Part shown: in pieces, positions 9,924 to 19,458 of the stretch
Layout of the letters: each line of letters opens with the position of its first letter
Position numbering within the stretch: position 1 is the first letter of the stretch
NCBI GenBank assembly: GCA_045616625.1
Contig: JAZLHA010000002.1
Coordinates: 40,482-104,481 of the forward strand
Direction: 5' to 3'
DNA length: 64,000 nt
Source: Candidatus Enterousia sp.
GTDB lineage: Bacteria; Pseudomonadota; Alphaproteobacteria; Rs-D84
Translations under genes and position numbers: made by a program
Notes under the pieces: model-generated
Seen by the model: only the letters and a program-made list of their open reading frames with translations
Told to the model about the DNA's origin: nothing
Databases searched by the model: none

Positions 9924-11627
9924 TCATTGGTCATTTGCAGTTGACCATGGTTCGTCATTCATAATCAGGTAATATAGTTCCTGGTTTATATCACCAGGAT
10001 TTCTGATTATTGGGCGCACAACGAAAATATCAACATTACACGGACTATTTGTTTCGTTTTGGTGTTCTGATAAATCTTGATAGAATTTTGCGGCAAAATC
10101 CATCGCTTGTAAATATGCGGCATCATCATCACTTGGGGATATAGAATCGCCCGACCACAATAACCACATACCGTAATTTATGACGTTTTCTTGTCCCTGT
10201 ATATCATCCGCAGATAACAATAATAATGGTTTGAATTCAATATTGTTTGTAAAATCGCCGGTGCTGGTTTCAGTATAATCATACATATCGCCGGCAAATT
10301 TTAATGCGGCGTATAATGCACCACCGGTGGCCTCTACCTTGCCTAAGCGTCCCAGATTTTTCATCGTTGAATGAAATAGCCAATCTTTGGCACGTCCAGA
10401 TTTCATACTGGACCGTGCAATACGCGCACCACGATTGAGTGTTTTTTCACCGTGCATTGTGGCATTTAACCCCTTGAATGTTCTGAATACGCGTGTTGCA
10501 ACATTACCGCGTTTTGCGCCAAGTAATGCGCGTGTTCCACGTATTTCATGTCTCAATTTATTTACATCAGAAAAACTTTGTTGTGCTTTTAAATAATCAC
10601 GAACATTATCGGTTTTTCCTAAATCTTGGAGAACAGGGCGTAGACCGTCAATTTCTTTTGTTAAATCAGCAATTTTGTCCGCATCTTTTACCTTGTCTAA
10701 GGCATTTATATCACGTGTTAGTTTTGCAATTTTATTTGTTGTTTGGGTATATTTTATAACATCATCTGTTTTGGCTAATGTTTTAATTGTGGTGGTTAAA
10801 TTTTTTAATACTTTATTTGCACGAGTGGATTTTGTGACCCCAGCTAATACTGCACCACCGCCCATTGTTGCAACGGTTATGACAACATCCAAAGCAATTT
10901 CTGCATATACTATCCAACCCAGGTCTTTATCGCCAGCAACATAGTAATCGTTTGTATCGTCTTTACCAATACCAACAGTAATTTTTACCGATTCGTTTAT
11001 AGATGCTTTATCATATGCAAGCGCGCCTTTTGATGTACATGTTCCATTGTGGTCGCGTGGATATAAATCATCAATGTGTTCGTCAATGTATTTCATTGAA
11101 ATAGTGTTGTTTTTATGGCTACCAACAAATTCATTCAATACGCCATGTTCAACGACCATTATTGCATACCATGCGGGATCAACATTTGTCCATATAGCAT
11201 CCCCGTCCGTTAAGTCTGCATTATGTGGTCCAGACGGTAAATCGTGTTTTTCAGATAATAAAATTTTTTGATTTAATACGGTCGGTGTTGTTTCGTAATT
11301 TATAACAATTTCACGACCGTTCGGAAACACATATTGAATCGGCATAAGTGCAACGAATTCGTCATCATCAATAGATGTAAATTCGGGACATTTTAATATA
11401 TTTTGTAAAACATCTTTGTTTCCCAAAACATTGTAAATCCAAGCCTGCATCTCAGATTCATGGGCGTCTTCAGTAATCGCACCAGATTCCGTAGATTCTT
11501 TTAACGCATTTGCAAAGATAGAAGCAGAACAAGTTGTATCAACAGCGGGACTTTTTGTGGTAAAAAAGCAAATCGCCATTGTAATAAACAATGGATGTAA
11601 TAAGTGTGTTATTCTATTGCACCGCAT
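9924..11627 (-). CDS. Hypothetical secreted protein with internal hydrophobic hairpin and coiled coil
   Basis: 567-aa ORF; signal-like N-terminus; hydrophobic EIALDVVITVATMGGGAVLAG followed by a heptad-like region. Confidence 0.8.
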   Translation of the reverse strand: MRCNRITHLLHPLFITMAICFFTTKSPAVDTTCSASIFANALKESTESGAITEDAHESEMQAWIYNVLGNKDVLQNILKCPEFTSIDDDEFVALMPIQYVFPNGREIVINYETTPTVLNQKILLSEKHDLPSGPHNADLTDGDAIWTNVDPAWYAIMVVEHGVLNEFVGSHKNNTISMKYIDEHIDDLYPRDHNGTCTSKGALAYDKASINESVKITVGIGKDDTNDYYVAGDKDLGWIVYAEIALDVVITVATMGGGAVLAGVTKSTRANKVLKNLTTTIKTLAKTDDVIKYTQTTNKIAKLTRDINALDKVKDADKIADLTKEIDGLRPVLQDLGKTDNVRDYLKAQQSFSDVNKLRHEIRGTRALLGAKRGNVATRVFRTFKGLNATMHGEKTLNRGARIARSSMKSGRAKDWLFHSTMKNLGRLGKVEATGGALYAALKFAGDMYDYTETSTGDFTNNIEFKPLLLLSADDIQGQENVINYGMWLLWSGDSISPSDDDAAYLQAMDFAAKFYQDLSEHQNETNSPCNVDIFVVRPIIRNPGDINQELYYLIMNDEPWSTANDQ

Positions 11628-12637
11628 TTTGAAATAATTTGCTGACGCAAAGCCTCTATCTTTTGGATGATTATATCATAAGATTGTGGAATAGAACCAT
11701 CGCCATTTGATACACATGTATTGTTTACCTTGGTATATCCAGGGACACAATCCCACTTCCAACAAATATTTTCCTTATCAGTATCCCATTCTATAAAACC
11801 ATCAAGACCAGAAGCGGGTTTGTCATATCCATCACAATATCTTTCTATACAATCAGAGCTCCATGCATCGTCTTTCCATAGTTGACTAAAACCACTGCCT
11901 TGTTTTTCACCAGAATCACCTTGACGGCATTGGCGAACACCACCGTATACTGGTGTTTGACCGTCGGTTGTACAGAACATATAACCACCAATATCAACTT
12001 GTCGTTCGCCTTTGTTAAATGCGGTGTTACAACAAGTGTATGTATTATTATTCGCCGGGTCGTTCATACAGTCTGTTTCGGAAAAAAGTTGAGAACCGGC
12101 AACCGCGCCACCAATAACCGCACCACTTGCGATCGTAATACCATAACCAATTTGACCAAGTCCAGGAATTAAATTTATCAGTGGTGTTGCCATAGCTGCG
12201 CCAGTGGCACCACTAATTGTTCCTTCAGCTACATCACCCCAATTATGTTGCTTGTTTCCAGATGCAGAATCAATAACACCCATGGTGCCAGCAGCCAAAC
12301 CAACCGCCCCCAGTGCAGCACCACCAACAGCTTTAGGAGTAATTTTTTTTGCAGCAGTTGCTGTAGCAGTTGCTGGTGTTGATGTCGGAGTAGGCATCGG
12401 TGTAGGAGTAGCTGTTGTAGTAGGAGTGGAAGTAAGAGTAGGTGCTGGATTAGATACCGGTGCAGTAATAAATTTTCCAGTATTAGCGTCGCGCCAACGA
12501 TGATCTGAAATGCTTTGAACAGGAACAACACCAGGATCACTAGCAGACAAACCAAACGACGTCACAGGTAAAACTAAACAAAAAATCGAAAAAACAAGTT
12601 GTACTAATTTCATCAATATTGTCCTTGCAATTTGCAT
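11609..12637 (-). CDS. Hypothetical secreted protein (Thr/Pro linker, glycine zipper, Cys-rich C-domain)
   Basis: Signal-like N-terminus, PTLTSTPTTTATPTPMPTP linker, GxxxG-rich hydrophobic segments, many C-terminal Cys; overlaps both neighbours. Confidence 0.8.
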   Translation of the reverse strand: MQIARTILMKLVQLVFSIFCLVLPVTSFGLSASDPGVVPVQSISDHRWRDANTGKFITAPVSNPAPTLTSTPTTTATPTPMPTPTSTPATATATAAKKITPKAVGGAALGAVGLAAGTMGVIDSASGNKQHNWGDVAEGTISGATGAAMATPLINLIPGLGQIGYGITIASGAVIGGAVAGSQLFSETDCMNDPANNNTYTCCNTAFNKGERQVDIGGYMFCTTDGQTPVYGGVRQCRQGDSGEKQGSGFSQLWKDDAWSSDCIERYCDGYDKPASGLDGFIEWDTDKENICWKWDCVPGYTKVNNTCVSNGDGSIPQSYDIIIQKIEALRQQIISKCGAIE

Positions 12638-13452
12638 TTATTTACAGGTATTCCAGCGTTTTTGCATCTCTGTATTTCAGCTAAATCAGCGTTTAAAATT
12701 TTTAATTGTGCTTTTGCAGCCCCAGAACAAAAATTTTGGACATTTGTTTTTAATCGGTCCATATAATCTGAGTATGATTCAACTTTAATTTCCTGATATG
12801 CAGATTTATCCTTGTATGGTTCATAGCCTGCTGCCAAAATTTGCTGGCGTGTGGCAAAATCTAAATCGGCAAATGTTGCTGGCATATCAGTAGAATATAA
12901 TTGTTCAGAACCTGCACCATTTTGGGCTTGCAGTCTTTCAAGCTCAGCACTACGTTCGGCGTATTCCGTCATCCAATTAGTTTTCTTTTTTGGTTCAGAT
13001 GTTGAAGCATATTTTACCCCAGGAAATGCCACAGGTTGTGTTGTTGAAAGTTTTGATGAATGCGCATCGACATATTTCCTGAATTCTTCATCCAAATATC
13101 CAGCGCACGCGGTTGCAAAACTATGTCCCGGCAGACGTGATAATGTCACAAGCATTGCAGGACGCGCATCAGAAAACTGTATATCCTGGCAATTATTATT
13201 TACAGAACAATATGATTCAATAACAGATTTCACAGCGCCTTGACAATCGCCACTGCCCAAATCGGGTCCCATAACATAAACCGCATGTGGTGTACCCAAG
13301 TTATATGGACTATTAGGGTTCCATCCAGGCATGGTGGAATAGTTGGCAACATTTTTTATCATTCCATATGACGACGCAAAATCAGCAGCAATCCCCGATT
13401 GCGCATACGCAAACAAACCAATCGCCAATAAAAAATAACGTTTTTGAAACAT
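12613..13452 (-). CDS. Hypothetical secreted protein
   Basis: 279-aa ORF; signal peptide; Cys pairs; AAAGG RBS. Confidence 0.8.
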   Translation of the reverse strand: MFQKRYFLLAIGLFAYAQSGIAADFASSYGMIKNVANYSTMPGWNPNSPYNLGTPHAVYVMGPDLGSGDCQGAVKSVIESYCSVNNNCQDIQFSDARPAMLVTLSRLPGHSFATACAGYLDEEFRKYVDAHSSKLSTTQPVAFPGVKYASTSEPKKKTNWMTEYAERSAELERLQAQNGAGSEQLYSTDMPATFADLDFATRQQILAAGYEPYKDKSAYQEIKVESYSDYMDRLKTNVQNFCSGAAKAQLKILNADLAEIQRCKNAGIPVNKCKLQGQY

Positions 13453-13475
13453 TACCTTTCCTACATTGATTTTTA

Positions 13476-13934
13476 TTATATCAAAAATCTTAATGCAATT
13501 AAAGCCAAAAATGAACCGATAAAAAAGAACGGGGCAAAAGGAATATATTTTTGCTTTTTAGTATATCCCCACATCATTCCTATGATACAAGCAGTTGTCA
13601 CAGCAATAGATAATCCGGTCACGCCTAACCATATTCCACCCACAGCCAGTAATTTTATGTCGCCCATTCCAATAGGTGCTGTATCTGAATTACCTAATTT
13701 TTCAAATAACCAACCGATAACGGCTGCTAATAAATATCCGAATGTTGCACCAATAACCGATTCGGTCGGACTGCATATCCATGGAAAGAAATTTACAATA
13801 ATCAGTCCTAACAACAATAGGGGGAAAAGATAAGCGTCAGGAATTATTCTACGCCGGAAGTCTGCCCTGGATATGGCATAAATACAACACAAGGCCGCAA
13901 CCAATAAAGCATAAAAAAATATATAAAAAAGCAT
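13476..13934 (-). CDS. A24-family prepilin peptidase (peptidase domain only, CpaA/TadV-like)
   Basis: Two catalytic Asp motifs ADFRRRIIPD and IGMGDIKLL, plus IPFAPF; no N-terminal Zn/methylase domain. Confidence 0.88.
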   Translation of the reverse strand: MLFYIFFYALLVAALCCIYAISRADFRRRIIPDAYLFPLLLLGLIIVNFFPWICSPTESVIGATFGYLLAAVIGWLFEKLGNSDTAPIGMGDIKLLAVGGIWLGVTGLSIAVTTACIIGMMWGYTKKQKYIPFAPFFFIGSFLALIALRFLI

Positions 13935-14072
13935 TTTTCCTCCTTGCCTTTCGATTCGGAACTATGATACAATCAGATTATAGTTAAATACAAGAGGTTT
14001 GTTGAATGGGAGTAGATGCATAACTAAAAAAAGTTAAAAAATGGGATCAAACTAAAAATAAAGGTTTGTAAA

Positions 14073-14630
14073 ATGAGTAATGGATGGGATTCTGCAACTT
14101 TGAAAAAGTTAAAGGCTTTGGTTGGTCGTGGTATATCTACGGCTGAAATAGGGCGTAAATTGGGTATGTCTAAAAATGCCGTTGTTGGTAAGTTGAATCG
14201 TTTGGGCTGGAATGCTAAGGCTGTTGTGTCTGCAAAAAAAACAGCAACGAAATCTACACCGGCGAAAAGCACTGCTAAAAAAGCGCCTGTTAAAAAAGTT
14301 GTGAAAGCATCTGTGGTTAAGTCAAAAACTGCGTCAAAGAAAAAAACAGTTGCGACACCTAAAGAAACTGTGGCGGTTGCACCAAAGACCAAAGTAGTTA
14401 AAACCAAAACCGCATCGCGAAAAACAAACAAAGATTTGGCTTTGCATCAGCGTATAATTCAACATTCTTTGGAAATGGCTAACTTGAAACCAAATCAGTG
14501 CCGTTGGCCAATTGGTGATCCTGATTCTGAACATTTTCATTTCTGTGGTGCTCAGGTATTTAGCGGTAAACCATATTGTTATGAACATTGTCGCCAGGCA
14601 TACCAATTTACACCACCTAAAAAGAAATAA
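14073..14630 (+). CDS. gcrA: GcrA cell-cycle regulator
   Basis: N-terminal W…LKAL..RGISTAEIGRKLGMSKNAVVGKLNRLG; C-terminal LKPNQCRWPIGDP…FHFCG…PYCYEHC. Confidence 0.95.
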   Translation: MSNGWDSATLKKLKALVGRGISTAEIGRKLGMSKNAVVGKLNRLGWNAKAVVSAKKTATKSTPAKSTAKKAPVKKVVKASVVKSKTASKKKTVATPKETVAVAPKTKVVKTKTASRKTNKDLALHQRIIQHSLEMANLKPNQCRWPIGDPDSEHFHFCGAQVFSGKPYCYEHCRQAYQFTPPKKK

Positions 14631-14632
14631 TT

Positions 14633-16261
14633 ATGACCATAGCGAGAGAGAATATATCTTTACCAATTATATCGTCTGATTATCAGATTGCTGGTAATAC
14701 TTTGCGTGCGTTTTATGATGTAAACGATAATTTGGTGTTTGTGATTGATTCTACTATTTCTGAAAACAAACCACATGCTTTGTTGGTTATGATGTCGTAT
14801 GGCAATCGTAAATGGGATGATATATTGTCTAATGATTTTCAAATCAATTTGGAAACGATTCGGCCAAAGGTTGATAATAAATATCAAAAGTTAGATATCG
14901 ATTACACTGGATTGGAAATTTACGATGATTTAATTACTAAATTTAAATCTGGTGATGATATAGATTTATCTGGATTACAGAATTTTAGAATTGAAAGTGT
15001 TCGCCGTTCTGCGACCGAACGGTTAAATACAGCGATGACAACAATAAATACTGCACGCGAAACGATAGACAAGGCAAATATGTCTTTGTCCGATTTAAAT
15101 AATCGTTTGTCTGAATTGCGCGCTAAGTTGGCTAAACAGCGTGCATCAGTGGGACGCGAACCAACAAAGCAATCGGCATCTAAGATTTTACGTACAGAAT
15201 CTCAGATCGATGCAACGGTTGCCAAGATATCACGTTCGCAAAAACGCATTGCAAATGCGCAAAAGCGTTTAGCGAATGCTGAATCTGATGCGGATATGGC
15301 ACGCAAATTGCTAAACATACAAAACCAAATTCATGAACCAAAGGCAGAAATTATGGCTGATACAGATGTAAAACCATTGTTTGATAAGGATCCTGAGATA
15401 TTGGACGATAATATCGCGTTTAAGCCAATTGAATTTGGTGCGACAAGCGTGAAACCAGAAAAAACTGCTGTGTTGTCGTCACAAACATCAGCGTCCGAAA
15501 CAAAACCTGGATTAAACCTGTCTTTTGTTCCGCCATTGTCTGTGCCAGAACAAACGGAAAATAATTATCCTGAGGAATCAAAACTGGACGAAACATTTAC
15601 GACGCCTGCGCCAATTTTAGAGAATATAAATCCTGTCCCTGGAGTTGAGACTGAGATGACACCTGTTGTTGGGTCAACACCAGTGATGGATAGTTTGCGT
15701 CCGTCGTCGCCAAATGTATCAGATTTAGGTGTTGTTCAACAGCAAACATCGCAACAACATATCCGTCCAAACACCTTATATTATATGTTGTTGGTGATAC
15801 TGATTGTTTTATCTATATTCACATTATGGTTGTATCAGAAGAGTGTAAATACTACGATACCAGAATTGCTGGTGAATACGTCTGCACAGGAACAAGTTGC
15901 CGCACCTGTTTTTGAAGAAACAGCACAAGTTGATGATGAATTGCCGGTTATAATTGCATCGCCTGATGTGGTTGTACCAACATCTGTTGCAACTGTTGAT
16001 ACACCAATAGAACCGGTTGTCACAAATGAACCTAATTTGGAAATTGTGGAACCAATAGTGTCAGAACCAGAACCTGTTGAACAAATTGCGGAACCTGAAC
16101 CAGAAAATGTTGTATCTGAACCGGCTGATGACGATACAGATATGTGTTCTGATGGAAATGCACCCGATAAAAATGGTTGCTGTGATGGCGAAATTTTCAC
16201 AACCTTGGACGATGGTGTTGCGTGTTGTGCCGCCGATGAATGTTATCCACCAATGAAATAA
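14633..16261 (+). CDS. Hypothetical bitopic membrane protein (coiled coil, TM, acidic Pro-rich stalk, six-Cys tail)
   Basis: 542-aa ORF starting 2 nt after gcrA; TM YYMLLVILIVLSIFTLWLY; C-terminal CSDG…CC…CC…CYPPMK. Confidence 0.8.
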   Translation: MTIARENISLPIISSDYQIAGNTLRAFYDVNDNLVFVIDSTISENKPHALLVMMSYGNRKWDDILSNDFQINLETIRPKVDNKYQKLDIDYTGLEIYDDLITKFKSGDDIDLSGLQNFRIESVRRSATERLNTAMTTINTARETIDKANMSLSDLNNRLSELRAKLAKQRASVGREPTKQSASKILRTESQIDATVAKISRSQKRIANAQKRLANAESDADMARKLLNIQNQIHEPKAEIMADTDVKPLFDKDPEILDDNIAFKPIEFGATSVKPEKTAVLSSQTSASETKPGLNLSFVPPLSVPEQTENNYPEESKLDETFTTPAPILENINPVPGVETEMTPVVGSTPVMDSLRPSSPNVSDLGVVQQQTSQQHIRPNTLYYMLLVILIVLSIFTLWLYQKSVNTTIPELLVNTSAQEQVAAPVFEETAQVDDELPVIIASPDVVVPTSVATVDTPIEPVVTNEPNLEIVEPIVSEPEPVEQIAEPEPENVVSEPADDDTDMCSDGNAPDKNGCCDGEIFTTLDDGVACCAADECYPPMK

Positions 16262-16277
16262 GAAATTTTATAAAATT

Positions 16278-16305
16278 AAAGCCCCGAATAAATCGGGGCT
16301 TTTTT
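16278..16305. terminator. Bidirectional intrinsic terminator
   Basis: AAAGCCCCGA…TCGGGGCTTTTTT. Confidence 0.85.
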
Positions 16306-16310
16306 ATCTT

Positions 16311-16397
16311 TGGTGGGGATAGTGGGACTCGAACCCACACGGTCGCAATGACCAAAGGATTTTAAGTCCTCAGCGTCTACCATTCCGCCATATCCCC
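16311..16397 (-). tRNA. tRNA-Leu(TAA)
   Basis: GGGGATATGGCGGAATGGTAGACGC…; anticodon GAGGA-CT TAA AA-TCCTT; long variable arm; CCA. Confidence 0.95.
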
Positions 16398-16413
16398 GAA
16401 GACTTTTCTTATT

Positions 16414-16489
16414 TGGTGGAGCTGATGGGACTCAAACCCACGACCTCTACGATGCGAACGTAGCGCTCTATCAACTGAGCTACAACCCC
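16414..16489 (-). tRNA. tRNA-Ala(CGC)
   Basis: G3:U70 identity pair; anticodon CTACG-TT CGC AT-CGTAG; CCA. Confidence 0.93.
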
Positions 16490-16503
16490 AAAAAAATTTT
16501 ATA

Positions 16504-16590
16504 TGGTGGGCATAAGAAGACTCGAACTTCCAAGGTATTGCTACCACTAGTACCTGAAACTAGCGCGTCTACCAATTCCGCCATATGCCC
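16504..16590 (-). tRNA. tRNA-Leu(CAG)
   Basis: GGGCATATGGCGGAATTGGTAGACGC…; anticodon CTAGT-TT CAG GT-ACTAG; long variable arm; CCA. Confidence 0.95.
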
Positions 16591-16725
16591 ATTGCTTTAT
16601 TGAGCATTGCGAATGATAATTCAATTTGCGGAAATTTGCAACAAAAAACTGATGTAAATTAAATTATTTTTATTACACATTTTGCTTGCTCTAAAAATAT
16701 GATTTTTGCTAACATTTTATCAGAG

Positions 16726-19443
16726 ATGAAAAGGATTCTGATTTTATTGGTTTTCTTTACCCTAGGGATGGACGCTAACGGGGCTGTTTTGCGTGGAAAT
16801 TCTGGGACTGTGCGTCAGGGTGTATCAAGTCAACGCGTGTCAACCAGTGGGGCGTCGGTTCGTTCTGGAACAACACGATTGACATCGGCACGCAGTGCAA
16901 CAACACCGTCTGGACGAGGTGCTGTTCAATCACGCAGTTCTGTTAATCAAAAAACGCGAACTGTTCGTTCGGCAAAAAACACAGCTTTGGTTAGTCGTGC
17001 TGTCACGACAACATCTCAGGTTTCTGAAGTATTGTCTGGAACGAATGTTGGTGCGGCCTATGATAAGTGCAAGGCGGCATATTTCGCATGTATGGATCAA
17101 TTTTGTGAATTGAAAAACGATGATTATCGCCGTTGTTCATGCAGTGCACGTGTTAATAATTTGACTGATTTACGTAATAGTTTACAAGATGCTGGCGACC
17201 AATTAAATGTGTTTACTGAAAATTTAGAAATAGTCGGTATGACGGCAGAACAGGCAACGGCAATGCGTACACCGTCAGATGGTGAAAATGCTTTAACTTC
17301 TGACAAGTCTGCATCTGCGACTATATTACAGGCGATAATGAATTCTATACGTGGTGAAAAGGCGGATGTGTCGGGTAAATATTCCAGTTTAAACAGTTTA
17401 GATTTATCTTTTGATACAGTGAACGCTTTTGGAACATCTGATGTTGGTCAAATTGTTGCTCAATATAATGGTCAGGAATTATATAACGCTGTATATTCTC
17501 AATGTCGTCAGGCGGTTAAAGCTGATTGTACAGACACTGCTTTACAACGCGCTGTGACGGCGTATCTTATGGGTATAGAACAAGATTGTAATACCGTTCA
17601 AACTGCTATAGAAAAAAAACAGACTGAATTAAAGGGTGTCTTGCGTGAAGGAAGTGCTATGCTTGACTTGGCACGTATAGAAAACCGCCAGAAACATAAT
17701 TCTGATGATTTTACGACTTGTTTGAACAATGTTGAATCAGCCATATTAAGTGAAGAGGTTTGTGGTTCAGATTATCATCGCTGTTTGGATAATGGCGAAT
17801 ATATTGATATTTCGACGGGTGCGCCAATCAAAGGTGTAGTAGATTTTTACAAATTGCAAGAAATGTTGACTTTTGCCCCAGACGTTGAATTGGCAAATCA
17901 AAAGTTGTCCAAGGTATATAATAATCAACTGTTTGTAAATAATTTTGAAAATAGGGTTAAAAAATTTGCCTTACCGGCATTGGATAAATGTACGGAAAAC
18001 GCTGATGATGTATGGGCTGATTATTTAGACAAGGCGTTGCTAGATATATACTATGCGCAACAGTCTAAAGTTGCTGAAATTAAACAGGGTTGTTTTGATT
18101 TTGTTGCACAATGTTATATGAATGCAGATGCTTCTATTACAGATGCTATGAAAGAGATAATTGGTGATTCCAGAATAAATGTGCAACCTTATGCAATCGA
18201 ATTAAATAACGAGATATGTAAAAATTATGTTTCATCGTGTGACAATATGTTTGGCGGTGATAGCACAAACGGTAAAAAAAATATTATTGCACAATTTATT
18301 GATGAACGCAAAGAAACGGATACTTTAACTGCCTGTCGTGCTGTGGTTAAACAATGTTTTGATAGTTTTGGTGGGGTTAATTATGAAAACTTTTATTCCC
18401 CGTATAGTGGTCTGGCTAGTTTAGATTGGTTTACTTTGTATGATACAGATGGTAATGTCGTATCAGAATGTGCAAAACAGGTACAAAATATTTCTCCTTG
18501 TCATGATCTTGTGGAACAGGTATTTGGTGGATTTGATCATGTAAATAAAATAATTACTTTCACACCTAGAGGAGGATCACCTAGGACTAGAACAGAATCA
18601 CTTTATGGTTATTGTCCTATTGAAAAGACATGTAAAGATATTGAAAAAAACACTGATGATGTTGATTTTATTCATCGTGGATTACGTCCGATTGGTGTTG
18701 CAACAGAGATTTATAATCAAATTATTGATATACTTACCACAGATTGTAATAATAAAAACGGTAGTTTTATAAAATCGGAAACGCTTTCTGATGTTTTAAC
18801 ATATGAATACTATAAAAAAGAAGATTCCGGCTATAAAGAAGGTTACGAATGTGTATTAACAGGAAACGGTAAATATAGTGAATATACCGTGATAAAAAAC
18901 GAAAATATGTGTCCACGTGGTTATTCTGATTATGTTGATACATCATTGTGGGGTGCCTGTTTGTGTTGGGAAAAAGAAGAGAAAGGTAGAAGATTTATCA
19001 GTAATAATGGTCAGGAAGCAAAGTGCCGGATGCTTTCGGCGGCAGATGAAATAACAAAATGTGTTAAATTAACTCTGGATGCTAATGGGGGTACGTTTGA
19101 TGATGGTACGGCCACAACAAAAACTGTTTATGTAAGAAAGGGCGAATGGGATAAAGGTGCCTTAGTAACAACACTAAACGTATATTCAGATATTATTTCG
19201 TGTGCAGAGAATAAGGGCAAACCTTTTAATGATGAAATTAAGGTGCAAAAAGGAACTACCTCTTTAGATGGATGGTATGGTGTTAACGAAGAAAGAGAGA
19301 TAATAAGTTGCTATTCTAACGAGGGTTTTCATAAACACATAGATTGTAGGCTTCCTAAAGCCTATGAAATTTATGGTGATTTTAGTTTAGAAGCAGACTG
19401 GTGTACAAGATATACAGAGATAAATCCTGGTATTTATTATTAG
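16726..19443 (+). CDS. Large secreted Cys-patterned protein (paralog of 48419-50773) with C-terminal InlB B-repeat-like segment
   Basis: Signal peptide MKRILILL…, S/T/R-rich region, CKAAYFACMDQFC…YRRCSCS; late LTLDANGGTF…LDGWY resembles a Listeria-Bacteroides repeat. Confidence 0.85.
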   Translation: MKRILILLVFFTLGMDANGAVLRGNSGTVRQGVSSQRVSTSGASVRSGTTRLTSARSATTPSGRGAVQSRSSVNQKTRTVRSAKNTALVSRAVTTTSQVSEVLSGTNVGAAYDKCKAAYFACMDQFCELKNDDYRRCSCSARVNNLTDLRNSLQDAGDQLNVFTENLEIVGMTAEQATAMRTPSDGENALTSDKSASATILQAIMNSIRGEKADVSGKYSSLNSLDLSFDTVNAFGTSDVGQIVAQYNGQELYNAVYSQCRQAVKADCTDTALQRAVTAYLMGIEQDCNTVQTAIEKKQTELKGVLREGSAMLDLARIENRQKHNSDDFTTCLNNVESAILSEEVCGSDYHRCLDNGEYIDISTGAPIKGVVDFYKLQEMLTFAPDVELANQKLSKVYNNQLFVNNFENRVKKFALPALDKCTENADDVWADYLDKALLDIYYAQQSKVAEIKQGCFDFVAQCYMNADASITDAMKEIIGDSRINVQPYAIELNNEICKNYVSSCDNMFGGDSTNGKKNIIAQFIDERKETDTLTACRAVVKQCFDSFGGVNYENFYSPYSGLASLDWFTLYDTDGNVVSECAKQVQNISPCHDLVEQVFGGFDHVNKIITFTPRGGSPRTRTESLYGYCPIEKTCKDIEKNTDDVDFIHRGLRPIGVATEIYNQIIDILTTDCNNKNGSFIKSETLSDVLTYEYYKKEDSGYKEGYECVLTGNGKYSEYTVIKNENMCPRGYSDYVDTSLWGACLCWEKEEKGRRFISNNGQEAKCRMLSAADEITKCVKLTLDANGGTFDDGTATTKTVYVRKGEWDKGALVTTLNVYSDIISCAENKGKPFNDEIKVQKGTTSLDGWYGVNEEREIISCYSNEGFHKHIDCRLPKAYEIYGDFSLEADWCTRYTEINPGIYY

Positions 19444-19458
19444 TATAGAATGAAATAT

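Noticed and set aside
12355-12445. Thr/Pro repeat as a phase-variable tandem repeat
   Set aside because: Codons vary and there is no perfect short DNA unit; it is an ordinary linker.
9924-13452. Type IV/Flp pilins next to the prepilin peptidase
   Set aside because: No G|FxxxE-type class III signal; the N-termini look like ordinary Sec signals.
14024-14431. 135-aa minus-strand ORF, and similar overlapping ORFs in the track (e.g. 34228-34632, 56155-56577)
   Set aside because: Antisense or off-frame shadows of well-supported genes.
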